From Stellaceae bacterium (GTDB lineage Bacteria; Pseudomonadota; Alphaproteobacteria; ATCC43930; CGMCC-115725): DNA of 33,921 bases. The stretch spans positions 1-33,921 of the forward strand of contig DATMZZ010000099.1 in assembly GCA_035573175.1 (NCBI GenBank), given 5' to 3'. Below are positions 27,203 through 33,921 of the stretch, one piece after another. The translations under genes were made by a program, and so were the position numbers. How positions within the stretch are numbered: position 1 is the stretch's first letter; each line of letters begins with the position of its first letter. The notes beneath the pieces were generated by a model. It was not told where the DNA came from and ran no database searches. It worked only from the letters and a program-made list of their open reading frames with translations.

Positions 27203-27412
27203 GCACCGCCGGCTCGCTTAGTCCTGAATGTCAGCACCAAACGATTCATCGCGCGACTTCATCCGCCCGTGACAAAAAATATTCGCAAGTATTCATTTGC
27301 ATGGCGGCGAGATGAAATGCGTGTAATCCGGGATGGAGCGCGAAGGAGCCGCGTTGTCTTGCTGTCTCGACCTCCGGGACAACGAAACAACCCGATACAG
27401 GATCTCTTAGCG

Positions 27413-27802
27413 ATGAACAAACTTACCCTTCAGGCGCTGGCGCTGACCGGCATTCTCGCCGTCTCCGGCCTCCCCGCTCTCGCGGCCGATATGACTCCTT
27501 CTTCGCCGGCGCCGAGCGCGTCGCTCTCGACCGACACCAAAGCTAATGTCGGTACCTCAGTCGATAAGACAAAGAACTCGGCTGAGAAGAATGTCGACAA
27601 GAACAAGTCGGCGGCCAAGAAGAAAATCGACAAGACGTCGAAGGACACCAAGAGCAAGGTGCATCAGCAGACCGCGGCGAAGCCCGCGAAGCCGGCGATC
27701 CCTGCCGTCCCGCCGGTCAGCGGCTCGGCCGGTAGCAACGCCGCGGTTGGTGCGGGCAATGCAGGCGTGAGCGGCTCGGTCGGCGCCACCGTCCAGCACT
27801 AA
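27413..27802 (+). CDS. Secreted Lys-rich low-complexity protein with three tandem 11-residue repeats
   Basis: ORF 27269..27802(+). Start at ATG 27413 (MNKLTLQALALTGILAVSGLPALA-AD signal peptide). Repeats are VDKTKNSAEKN / VDKNKSAAKKK / IDKTSKDTKSK (27560-27658). A strong terminator follows. Confidence 0.65.
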   Translation: MNKLTLQALALTGILAVSGLPALAADMTPSSPAPSASLSTDTKANVGTSVDKTKNSAEKNVDKNKSAAKKKIDKTSKDTKSKVHQQTAAKPAKPAIPAVPPVSGSAGSNAAVGAGNAGVSGSVGATVQH

Positions 27803-27829
27803 CCGAATACCGAGAAGCGATTAAAGGAA

Positions 27830-27866
27830 GCGCAGGGTCCTCGCGACCCTGCGCTTTTTCGCTTTT
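27830..27866 (+). terminator. Rho-independent terminator
   Basis: GCGCAGGGTC-ctcgc-GACCCTGCGC (10-bp perfect stem) followed by TTTTTCGCTTTTT. Confidence 0.75.
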
Positions 27867-27930
27867 TGCTTGCCGCTCGCGGAGCGCGAGCGGGGTTGGT
27901 GGGCCAGCATCTGCGTTCTATAACCGCGCG

Positions 27931-28764
27931 ATGCGCGCGCTCGATTTCGTCAAAATGCACGGGCTCGGGAACGACTTCGTCATTCTCGACGCGCGCGTCC
28001 ATGCGCTGACGCTCGACACGAACGCCGCACGTGCCATCGCCGACCGCCATCGCGGCGTCGGCTGCGACCAAATCCTCATCATTGAGCCGGCGAAAAGCGC
28101 GGCCGGCACCGCTTTCATGCGCATCCGCAATGCTGATGGCGGCGAGGCCGAGGCTTGCGGCAATGGTGCGCGCTGTGTCGCGGCGCTCCTGATGGAGCAG
28201 AACAAAACCGATCGCGTCGTGCTGGAGACGCTGGGCGGGCCGATTTCGGCCGAGCGCGCCGGGCATCATCGCATCGCCGTCGATATGGGCGAGCCGCATC
28301 TCGGCTGGCGCGAAATTCCGCTGGCGAAAGATTGCGACACGCTGCATGTGCCGCTGAGCCTCGGGCCGCTGAGCGATCCGGTCTGCACCAGCATGGGCAA
28401 TCCGCATGCGACCTTCTTCGTGCCCGATGTCGCCGCCATCGACATTGCTGCGCTCGGCCCGACGCTAGAGCATGATCCGATCTTCCCAGCGCGCGCCAAT
28501 ATCGGTGTCGCGCAGATCGCTTCGCCGAAGCGCATTCGCGTGCGCATCTGGGAGCGCGGCGACGGATTGACCCTCGCCTGCGGCAGCGGCGCCTGCGCGA
28601 CCTTGGTCGCGGCGGCGCGGCGCGGGTTGACGGAGCGCCGCGCCGAGATTGTCGCCGATGGCGGCACGCTCGAGATCGAGTGGCGGCAAGACAATCACGT
28701 CATGATGACCGGCGCGGTCGCGACGAGTTTTCGCGGCACGATCGATCCGGGCCTGCTGGGTTAG
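27931..28764 (+). CDS. dapF: Diaminopimelate epimerase
   Basis: FVKMHGLGNDFVILD, the two catalytic Cys regions (EACGNGARC and LACGSGACA), and MGNPH. Confidence 0.95.
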   Translation: MRALDFVKMHGLGNDFVILDARVHALTLDTNAARAIADRHRGVGCDQILIIEPAKSAAGTAFMRIRNADGGEAEACGNGARCVAALLMEQNKTDRVVLETLGGPISAERAGHHRIAVDMGEPHLGWREIPLAKDCDTLHVPLSLGPLSDPVCTSMGNPHATFFVPDVAAIDIAALGPTLEHDPIFPARANIGVAQIASPKRIRVRIWERGDGLTLACGSGACATLVAAARRGLTERRAEIVADGGTLEIEWRQDNHVMMTGAVATSFRGTIDPGLLG

Positions 28765-28766
28765 CG

Positions 28767-30005
28767 ATGGCGACGGAAGTCCTGACCTTCGGCTGCCGCC
28801 TCAACGCCTTCGAATCCGAAGTGATTCGCGGTCACGCCGCCGCGGCCGGTCTCAACGACGCGGTGATCGTCAACACTTGCGCCGTCACTAAAGAGGCCGA
28901 GCGCCAGGCACGGCAAGCCATTCGCCGCGCGCGCCGCGATCACCCGCAAGCGCGGCTCATCGTCACCGGCTGTGCGGCGCAGATCGATCCGGCGCGCTAT
29001 GCCGCGATGCCGGAAGTCGATCTCGTTCTCGGCAATGACGAGAAGCTGAAGCGCGAGAGCTATGCGCCGAGCGATGCGCGCGTCGCGGTCGGCGACATCA
29101 TGGCGCTCAAAGAAACCGCGGCGCATCTCGTCGACGGCTTCGAAGGCCGCGCCCGCGCCTTCATCGAAGTGCAGCAAGGCTGCGACCATCGCTGTACTTT
29201 CTGCATCATCCCGTATGGCCGCGGCAACAGCCGCTCCGTGCCGATCGGCGAGATCGTGCGCCAGGCCGAGCGGCTGGTCGCTGCCGGCTATCGCGAGCTC
29301 GTGCTGACCGGTGTCGACATCACCAGCTTCGGCGGCGATCTGCCAGGGCAACCCGATCTCGGCCAGCTCTGCCGCCGCCTGCTCGCGCTGGTGCCGGGGC
29401 TTGAGCGGCTGCGGCTTTCCTCGCTCGATCCGGTCGAAATCGACGACACGTTATGGCGGCTGATCGGCGAAGAGAAACGGCTAATGCCGCATCTTCATCT
29501 TTCGGTGCAAGCCGGCGATGACATGATCTTGAAGCGCATGAAGCGCCGTCATTTGCGTGCCGACGCGCTCGCCGCGTGTCGTCGGGCGCGTGATATACGC
29601 CCCGATATAGCCCTCGGCGCCGATATGATCGCCGGCTTCCCCACCGAAGACGAGGCGATGTTCGCGCGCAGCGTCGCTTTCGTCGAGGAAGCGGCACTCG
29701 ATTATCTCCACGTGTTTCCGTTCAGCGCGCGGCCCGGCACGCCGGCGTCGCGCATGCCGCAAGTGCCGGGCAACATCGTCAAAGAGCGTGCAGCGAAGCT
29801 GCGCGAAGCAGGCGCCGCGGCAACCGCGCGCGCATTGGCCGCCCGCATCGGCACGGTCGCGCAGGTGCTGGTCGAGAAGAACGGCTTCGGGCATAGCGAG
29901 CATTACGCGCCGGTGCGTTTCACCGGCACGGCAGAGATCGGCAGCATCGCGCCGGTGCGCATCGCCGAGACCGCGCGCGACAGCCTCGTAGGTGTCATCG
30001 CATGA
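28767..30005 (+). CDS. mtaB: tRNA t6A37 methylthiotransferase MtaB (MiaB-like radical SAM)
   Basis: ORF 28680..30005(+). Start at ATG 28767 (MATEVLTFGCRLNAFESE). Radical SAM motif CDHRCTFCIIPYGRG, and a C-terminal TRAM-like region. Confidence 0.9.
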   Translation: MATEVLTFGCRLNAFESEVIRGHAAAAGLNDAVIVNTCAVTKEAERQARQAIRRARRDHPQARLIVTGCAAQIDPARYAAMPEVDLVLGNDEKLKRESYAPSDARVAVGDIMALKETAAHLVDGFEGRARAFIEVQQGCDHRCTFCIIPYGRGNSRSVPIGEIVRQAERLVAAGYRELVLTGVDITSFGGDLPGQPDLGQLCRRLLALVPGLERLRLSSLDPVEIDDTLWRLIGEEKRLMPHLHLSVQAGDDMILKRMKRRHLRADALAACRRARDIRPDIALGADMIAGFPTEDEAMFARSVAFVEEAALDYLHVFPFSARPGTPASRMPQVPGNIVKERAAKLREAGAAATARALAARIGTVAQVLVEKNGFGHSEHYAPVRFTGTAEIGSIAPVRIAETARDSLVGVIA

Positions 30006-30934
30006 ATGGTGATAAGCCAGGTTTCTTCGGCCGGCTGAAAGCGGGGCTGACGCGCTCGGCGCAGCGCCTGACCGAAGGTATCACCAGCATCGTCACCAAG
30101 AAGAAGCTCGATCAGGCTTCGCTCGACGAGTTGGAAGAGCTGCTGATCGGCGCCGATCTCGGCCTCGGTCTCGCGCAGCAGATCACCGAGAAGCTGAAAC
30201 GCTCGCGTTTCAATCAGGAAGTCAGCAGCGAGGAGATTCGCACGACCCTGGCCGAAAGCATTGTCGATGCGCTCAAGCCGACCGAGCAGCCGCTCGCCAT
30301 CGACGCCGAGCATAAACCTTTCGTGCTGCTGGTGATCGGGGTCAATGGCAGCGGCAAGACGACGACGATCGGCAAGCTCGCCAAGCTCTATGGCGATGCC
30401 GGCAAGAAAGTCATCCTCGCCGCAGGCGACACGTTCCGTGCCGCCGCGGTCGAGCAGCTCAAGATTTGGGGCGAGCGCGCCCATGCCGAGGTGATCTCTC
30501 GCCCGGCGGGCGCCGATGCCGCCGGCCTGGCCTTCGACGCGGTGATGGCGGCGAAGAACAACGGCGCCGATATCGTCCTCATCGATACGGCCGGGCGGCT
30601 GCAGAACAAGACCGCGCTGATGGGTGAGCTCGAGAAGATCCTGCGCGTGCTCAAGAAAGCCGATCCGAACGCGCCCCATGCGGTGTTGCTGGTGCTCGAT
30701 GCCACGGTCGGGCAGAACGCGCATTCGCAGGTGCAGATTTTCCGCGACATGATCGGCGTCACCGGCCTCGTCATGACCAAGCTCGATGGCACGGCCAAAG
30801 GCGGCGTATTGGTCGCGCTGGCACAGGCCTACGGCCTGCCGGTCCATTTCATCGGTGTCGGCGAAAGCGCCGAAGATCTTCGTCCTTTCGTCGCCACGGA
30901 TTTCGCGCGCAGCCTCGTCGGCCTCGAATCCTGA
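30002..30934 (+). CDS. ftsY: Signal recognition particle receptor FtsY (short form)
   Basis: ATGA overlap with mtaB. GVNGSGKTTTIGKLA, DTAGRLQNK, TKLDGTAKGG. Confidence 0.95.
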   Translation: MNGDKPGFFGRLKAGLTRSAQRLTEGITSIVTKKKLDQASLDELEELLIGADLGLGLAQQITEKLKRSRFNQEVSSEEIRTTLAESIVDALKPTEQPLAIDAEHKPFVLLVIGVNGSGKTTTIGKLAKLYGDAGKKVILAAGDTFRAAAVEQLKIWGERAHAEVISRPAGADAAGLAFDAVMAAKNNGADIVLIDTAGRLQNKTALMGELEKILRVLKKADPNAPHAVLLVLDATVGQNAHSQVQIFRDMIGVTGLVMTKLDGTAKGGVLVALAQAYGLPVHFIGVGESAEDLRPFVATDFARSLVGLES

Positions 30935-30971
30935 ACCTTTTATGCAACATCTCGCGCGCACTTTTTCCCCC

Positions 30972-31033
30972 GTCGTCCCCGCGAAGGCGGGGACCCAGGA
31001 AAACCGATGGATACCCGCTTTCGCGGGCATGAC
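30972..31033. repeat. Palindromic intergenic repeat, family 2 (inverted pair GTCGTCCCCGCGAAGGCGGGGACCCAGG / TGGATACCCGCTTTCGCGGGCATGAC)
   Basis: Local hairpins are TCCCCGC-gaag-GCGGGGA (30976-30993) and CCCGC-tttc-GCGGG (31014-31027). The translation artefact VVPAKAGTQ...WIPAFAGMT is familiar from Rhizobiales intergenic repeats (from memory). Confidence 0.8.
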
Positions 31034-31034
31034 G

Positions 31035-32423
31035 ATGAAATACTGTTACGCGTGCTTGGTAGGCCTGGCGCTGTTCGTGGCCACCCTGCACCCAGCGATC
31101 GCCAGCGAAGTCCTCGTTCTCACCGACATTCATTTCAATCCGCTCGCCGACAAGGCACTGGCTGAGCCGCTCGCCGCGGCGCCGGCCGAGCAATGGCCAA
31201 CGATCCTCGATCACGGCAATGAGCGCATGAGCAATTACAGCGAGGACAGCGATTGGAAGCTGCTGCGCGCGACGCTCGACGAGCTCCAGGCGCAGAAGAA
31301 ACCGGATGTCGTTCTGATCGCGGGCGATTTCCTGGCGCATAATTTCCGCAAGGGTTTCGACGGCAGCGTCGCCGCGCATGACGATGCCGCTTATCGCCGC
31401 TTCGTCGTCAAGACGATGCGCTTCCTTGCGCTGGAACTCGAACACGCTCTTCCCAGGACCCCGATCCTGCCCGTGCTCGGCAACAATGATTCCGATTGCG
31501 GCGATTACGCGATCCGCCCGGGCGGCGCTTACCTAGCCGATACCGAAGCGATCGTTGCCGGTATGGTCGGCCCCTCCCTTCTCAAAGGGGCCGCAGGCGA
31601 GAATTTCGCGCAAAGCTGGACGGCGCTCGGCAGTTACATCGTCGACGATCCGGCGCAGCCGCGTTTTCGCGTGATCGGGCTCAACGACAATTACTTCTCG
31701 ACGCATTACCGCAATTCCTGCGGCGGCGAAGGCGACGGCAATCCGGCGCGCACGACACTTACTTGGCTCAGCCGCGCGCTTGCCGATGCTGCGGCGGCGC
31801 ATCGCAAGGTGATCCTCCTCTATCACATCCCGCCCGGGACGGATGCTTTCGCCACCGCGCGCCACGATGTCTGCCCGGTCACGCCGGCACCGCTGATGGC
31901 CAAGCTCTATGCGAGCGAACTACACGCGTTGATGCAGCGCTATCAGGACACGATCGCCGCCAATATCGCCGGACATCTGCACACCGACGCGTTCCGCATC
32001 CTGCGCAACGGTGACAAGTTTTTCGGCTTCGTCATGATCGCGCCGGCGATCAGCCCGATCTTCGGGCAGAATCCGTCTTTTCGTCGCTTCACCCTCAGCG
32101 ATGACGGCGAGATCAGCGCGGTGAATACTTATTACCTCGCCAATCTCGGCGACGCCGTGGCGGGCGCGGCGCCGCAATGGCGCGCCGAGGCGAGCTTCGA
32201 GCACAGCTGGGATCTGGCGCGCTTCGACACCGCCAGCCTCGAGACGCTCTATCGTCGTCTCGGCACCTCGGCGGCCACGCAGCAGCGCTGGATCAAGGCC
32301 TACGGGGTGCAGGGGCCGGCGAGCGCGGCGGTGACATTGCAGAATTTCTCGGTCTATCGTTGCTCGGTCGGCAGCGATCAAAGCAGCGATTTCTCGCGCT
32401 GCCTCTGCGGCGGCGGACGCTAA
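31035..32423 (+). CDS. Secreted metallophosphoesterase, acid-sphingomyelinase-like (ASMase-type) phosphodiesterase
   Basis: ORF 30786..32423(+). Start at ATG 31035 or 31029 (MKYCYACLVGLALFVATLHPAIA-SE signal peptide). Metallophosphoesterase motifs: LTDIHFNP, GDFLAHN, GNNDS, YHIPPG, GHLHTDAF. Confidence 0.8.
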   Translation: MKYCYACLVGLALFVATLHPAIASEVLVLTDIHFNPLADKALAEPLAAAPAEQWPTILDHGNERMSNYSEDSDWKLLRATLDELQAQKKPDVVLIAGDFLAHNFRKGFDGSVAAHDDAAYRRFVVKTMRFLALELEHALPRTPILPVLGNNDSDCGDYAIRPGGAYLADTEAIVAGMVGPSLLKGAAGENFAQSWTALGSYIVDDPAQPRFRVIGLNDNYFSTHYRNSCGGEGDGNPARTTLTWLSRALADAAAAHRKVILLYHIPPGTDAFATARHDVCPVTPAPLMAKLYASELHALMQRYQDTIAANIAGHLHTDAFRILRNGDKFFGFVMIAPAISPIFGQNPSFRRFTLSDDGEISAVNTYYLANLGDAVAGAAPQWRAEASFEHSWDLARFDTASLETLYRRLGTSAATQQRWIKAYGVQGPASAAVTLQNFSVYRCSVGSDQSSDFSRCLCGGGR

Positions 32424-32443
32424 GACCAACGAGGGAGGTTGTC

Positions 32444-32986
32444 ATGGCGAATGAAGGGCCGAGCCGGATCCGCGAGATCCCACCGGAACAACTCAGCGCG
32501 GAGCAAAAGGCAGCGATCGAGGCCGTGATCGGCGGCCGCGGCCGCATCCCCGGTCCCTACAAAATCTGGCTGCACAGCCCGATCATGATGCAGCGGCTGG
32601 AACGGCTCGGCACATTCCTCGTCAATGAATCATCGCTGAAGCCGCGCGAGCAGGAGCTCGCGATCCTTTGCATCGCCCGCCATTGGCACGGCAATTTCGT
32701 CTTCACCGTGCATTCGCGCGTCGCGCGCGAGCAGGGCGTTTCCGAAGGCGTGATCGAAGATATTCGTGCCGGACGCATGCCGACCTTGACGGATAAGCGC
32801 GAAGCGGCGGTGGTCGAGATCGCCCTCACCGCGCCCGATGCCGATCCGGCGAGCGATGCCGTCTTCGCGCGCGCCATCGAAGCGCTGGGCGAGGAAGGTC
32901 TCGCCGATCTACTCGTCTATCTCGGGTATTACAGCACCGTCGCGATGGCGATGAAACTGCATCGCGTGCCGGTGCCGCACCGTTAG
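32444..32986 (+). CDS. Carboxymuconolactone decarboxylase (AhpD-like) family protein
   Basis: GAGGGAGG upstream of ATG 32444. IWLHSP...LKPREQELAILCIARHWHGNFVFTVHSRVA is typical of CMD-family proteins. Confidence 0.75.
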   Translation: MANEGPSRIREIPPEQLSAEQKAAIEAVIGGRGRIPGPYKIWLHSPIMMQRLERLGTFLVNESSLKPREQELAILCIARHWHGNFVFTVHSRVAREQGVSEGVIEDIRAGRMPTLTDKREAAVVEIALTAPDADPASDAVFARAIEALGEEGLADLLVYLGYYSTVAMAMKLHRVPVPHR

Positions 32987-33064
32987 GTGGCGTCTTCGCA
33001 GAGACTGCACTCAGCCTCTGGCCGGCGCCGCGCTGATGCCCGCATCACAGTGCCGCAGGGGGGC

Positions 33065-33092
33065 AAGCCCGGGCTTGCGAAGCCGGGCTTTT
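33065..33092 (+). terminator. Candidate intrinsic terminator after the CMD-family gene
   Basis: AAGCCCGG-(10-nt loop)-CCGGGCTT followed by TT. The overlapping perfect palindrome GCAAGCCCGGGCTTGC (33063-33078) could form a competing structure. Confidence 0.4.
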
Positions 33093-33118
33093 CCGGCGCA
33101 CATTCGGGAAGCGTGGTT

Positions 33119-33194
33119 GGATTTGAAGTTCCTAAACTTGTGTGGCATCCGCGTTTAGGAACTTCAAATCCGAAAACCACGCTTGATTCAATAC
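33119..33194. repeat. Long AT-richer hairpin / inverted repeat (19-bp perfect plus 10-bp stem, 15-nt loop)
   Basis: AAGCGTGGTT-GGATTTGAAGTTCCTAAAC-(ttgtgtggcatccgc)-GTTTAGGAACTTCAAATCC-gaa-AACCACGCTT. Confidence 0.7.
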
Positions 33195-33197
33195 GTT

Positions 33198-33276
33198 GCT
33201 CGTGTGGTGAACAATCCGAAATTCGCCCCCCGGTCTCGCTCCGAGAGAAGAGCGAATTTCCGATTGCCGCACGAGC
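33198..33276. repeat. Second long segmented hairpin, 22 nt upstream of the aminotransferase ATG (structured leader or REP/MITE-like element)
   Basis: GCTCGTGTGG / CCGCACGAGC (1 mismatch). AATCCGAAATTCGC / GCGAATTTCCGATT (1 mismatch). Apical TCTCG-ctc-CGAGA. Confidence 0.6.
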
Positions 33277-33298
33277 TTTCGATAGGAGTAACGAGACG

Positions 33299-33921
33299 AT
33301 GGCGACCAAAGTACGGCGCGGCCGGCATTTCCTGCACGTTCCGGGACCGAGCAACGTGCCCGATCGTGTGTTGAGCGCGATGGGCAACCCGGTGATCGAT
33401 CACCGCAGTCAGGAATTCTTCGATCTCGTGAAACACATCACCGCCGGCATGGCGCGCATCTTCCGCACCAAAGGCCCGGTCGCGATCTATCCCTCCTCCG
33501 GCACCGGCGCCTGGGAAACCGCGCTGCTCAACACGCTGTCGCCGGGCGACAAGGTGCTGGCTTTCGAGAGCGGCCAATTCGCCACGCTGTGGAAAGTGAT
33601 GGCCGACAAGCACGGGCTGAAGATCGATTTCATTCCGGGCGATTGGCGTCATCCTCTCGATCCCGCCGAGATCGAGCGCCGCCTCACCGCCGATAAAGGC
33701 CACGAGATCAAAGCGGTGCTGATCGTTCATAGCGAGACCTCGACGGGCGTTCTGAGCGATGTGCCGGCAGTACGCAAAGCGATGGACGCGGCCAAGCATC
33801 CGGCGCTGTTGATGGTCGATGCGATCTCGTCGCTCGGCGTGCATGAATATCGTCACGACGATTGGGGCGTCGACGTCACGATCTGCGGCTCGCAGAAAGG
33901 CCTGATGCTGCCGCCGGGCCT
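33299..33921 (+). CDS. Class V aminotransferase, serine-glyoxylate/alanine-glyoxylate aminotransferase-like (3' end outside the window)
   Basis: Manual translation from ATG 33299 (GGAG 10 nt upstream): MATKVRRGRHFLHVPGPSNVPDRVLSAMGNPVIDHRSQEF...SSGTGAWETALLNTLSPGDKVL...HEIKAVLIVHSETSTGV...GSQKGLMLPPG. The frame stays open to the window end. It closely resembles SgaA-type enzymes as I recall them. It is missing from the ORF track because it has no stop in the window. Confidence 0.85.
   Translation, partial: MATKVRRGRHFLHVPGPSNVPDRVLSAMGNPVIDHRSQEFFDLVKHITAGMARIFRTKGPVAIYPSSGTGAWETALLNTLSPGDKVLAFESGQFATLWKVMADKHGLKIDFIPGDWRHPLDPAEIERRLTADKGHEIKAVLIVHSETSTGVLSDVPAVRKAMDAAKHPALLMVDAISSLGVHEYRHDDWGVDVTICGSQKGLMLPPG

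Noticed and set aside
27269-27412. Upstream in-frame extension of the Lys-rich protein ORF (MTKNIRKYSFAWRRDEM...)
   Set aside because: The extension would bury the signal peptide internally, and it covers AT-rich, promoter-like sequence. The start at 27413 gives a canonical signal peptide.
28808-28822. TTCGAATCC string resembling a tRNA T-arm
   Set aside because: It lies inside the mtaB coding frame (LNAFESEV), and no acceptor or anticodon stems can be built around it.
30786-31034. Upstream extension of the metallophosphoesterase ORF overlapping the ftsY 3' end and the REP (…VVPAKAGTQENRWIPAFAGMT)
   Set aside because: It overlaps the well-supported ftsY frame and then simply translates the palindromic repeat. 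The signal peptide begins at MKYCYAC.
32684-32699. TGGCACGGCAATTTCG, a near sigma-54-like -24/-12 string
   Set aside because: It lies inside the CMD-family coding sequence, reads TTTC instead of TTGC at -12, and has no downstream gene start nearby.

Overview
GC-rich chromosomal segment that looks alphaproteobacterial. Gene content, synteny and the intergenic repeat families resemble Hyphomicrobiales/Rhizobiales; the taxon is my inference. Layout: (i) 1-2749, minus strand: a truncated gene, an HtrA-like PDZ protein with no visible catalytic His or Ser, a DUF900-like alpha/beta hydrolase, and an unrecognised 3-TM protein joined to the hydrolase by a GTGA overlap. This is the least explainable block and my best candidate for an undescribed system. 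(ii) 2930-5754, plus strand: GT4 glycosyltransferase, WalW-type polysaccharide-deacetylase-like protein, DUF3775 protein. (iii) 5739-7639, minus strand: PqiC-like lipoprotein plus PqiB/MCE protein, with no PqiA or MlaEF partner. (iv) 7933-15586, minus strand: the PEP-CTERM regulatory module prsK-prsR-prsT, preceded by an EpsB-type priming sugar transferase. It shares a strikingly AT-rich divergent control region (15671-15921) with a luciferase-like monooxygenase gene. (v) 17-34 kb is mostly housekeeping: YegD-like Hsp70, leuB, leuD, a small membrane protein, a signal-peptide isochorismatase-like hydrolase, and an ffh-VOC-rpsP-rimM-trmD-rplS-leuC gene string. After that come a Lys-rich secreted repeat protein, dapF-mtaB-ftsY, an ASMase-like metallophosphoesterase, a CMD-family protein, and the 5' part of a serine-glyoxylate-type class V aminotransferase. 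Three families of palindromic intergenic repeats (REP/MITE-like) are present, and two long tandem hairpins lie just upstream of the aminotransferase. I saw no rRNA, tRNA, CRISPR array, transposase or integrase. Many long ORFs in the track are antisense shadow ORFs typical of GC-rich DNA and were not called.
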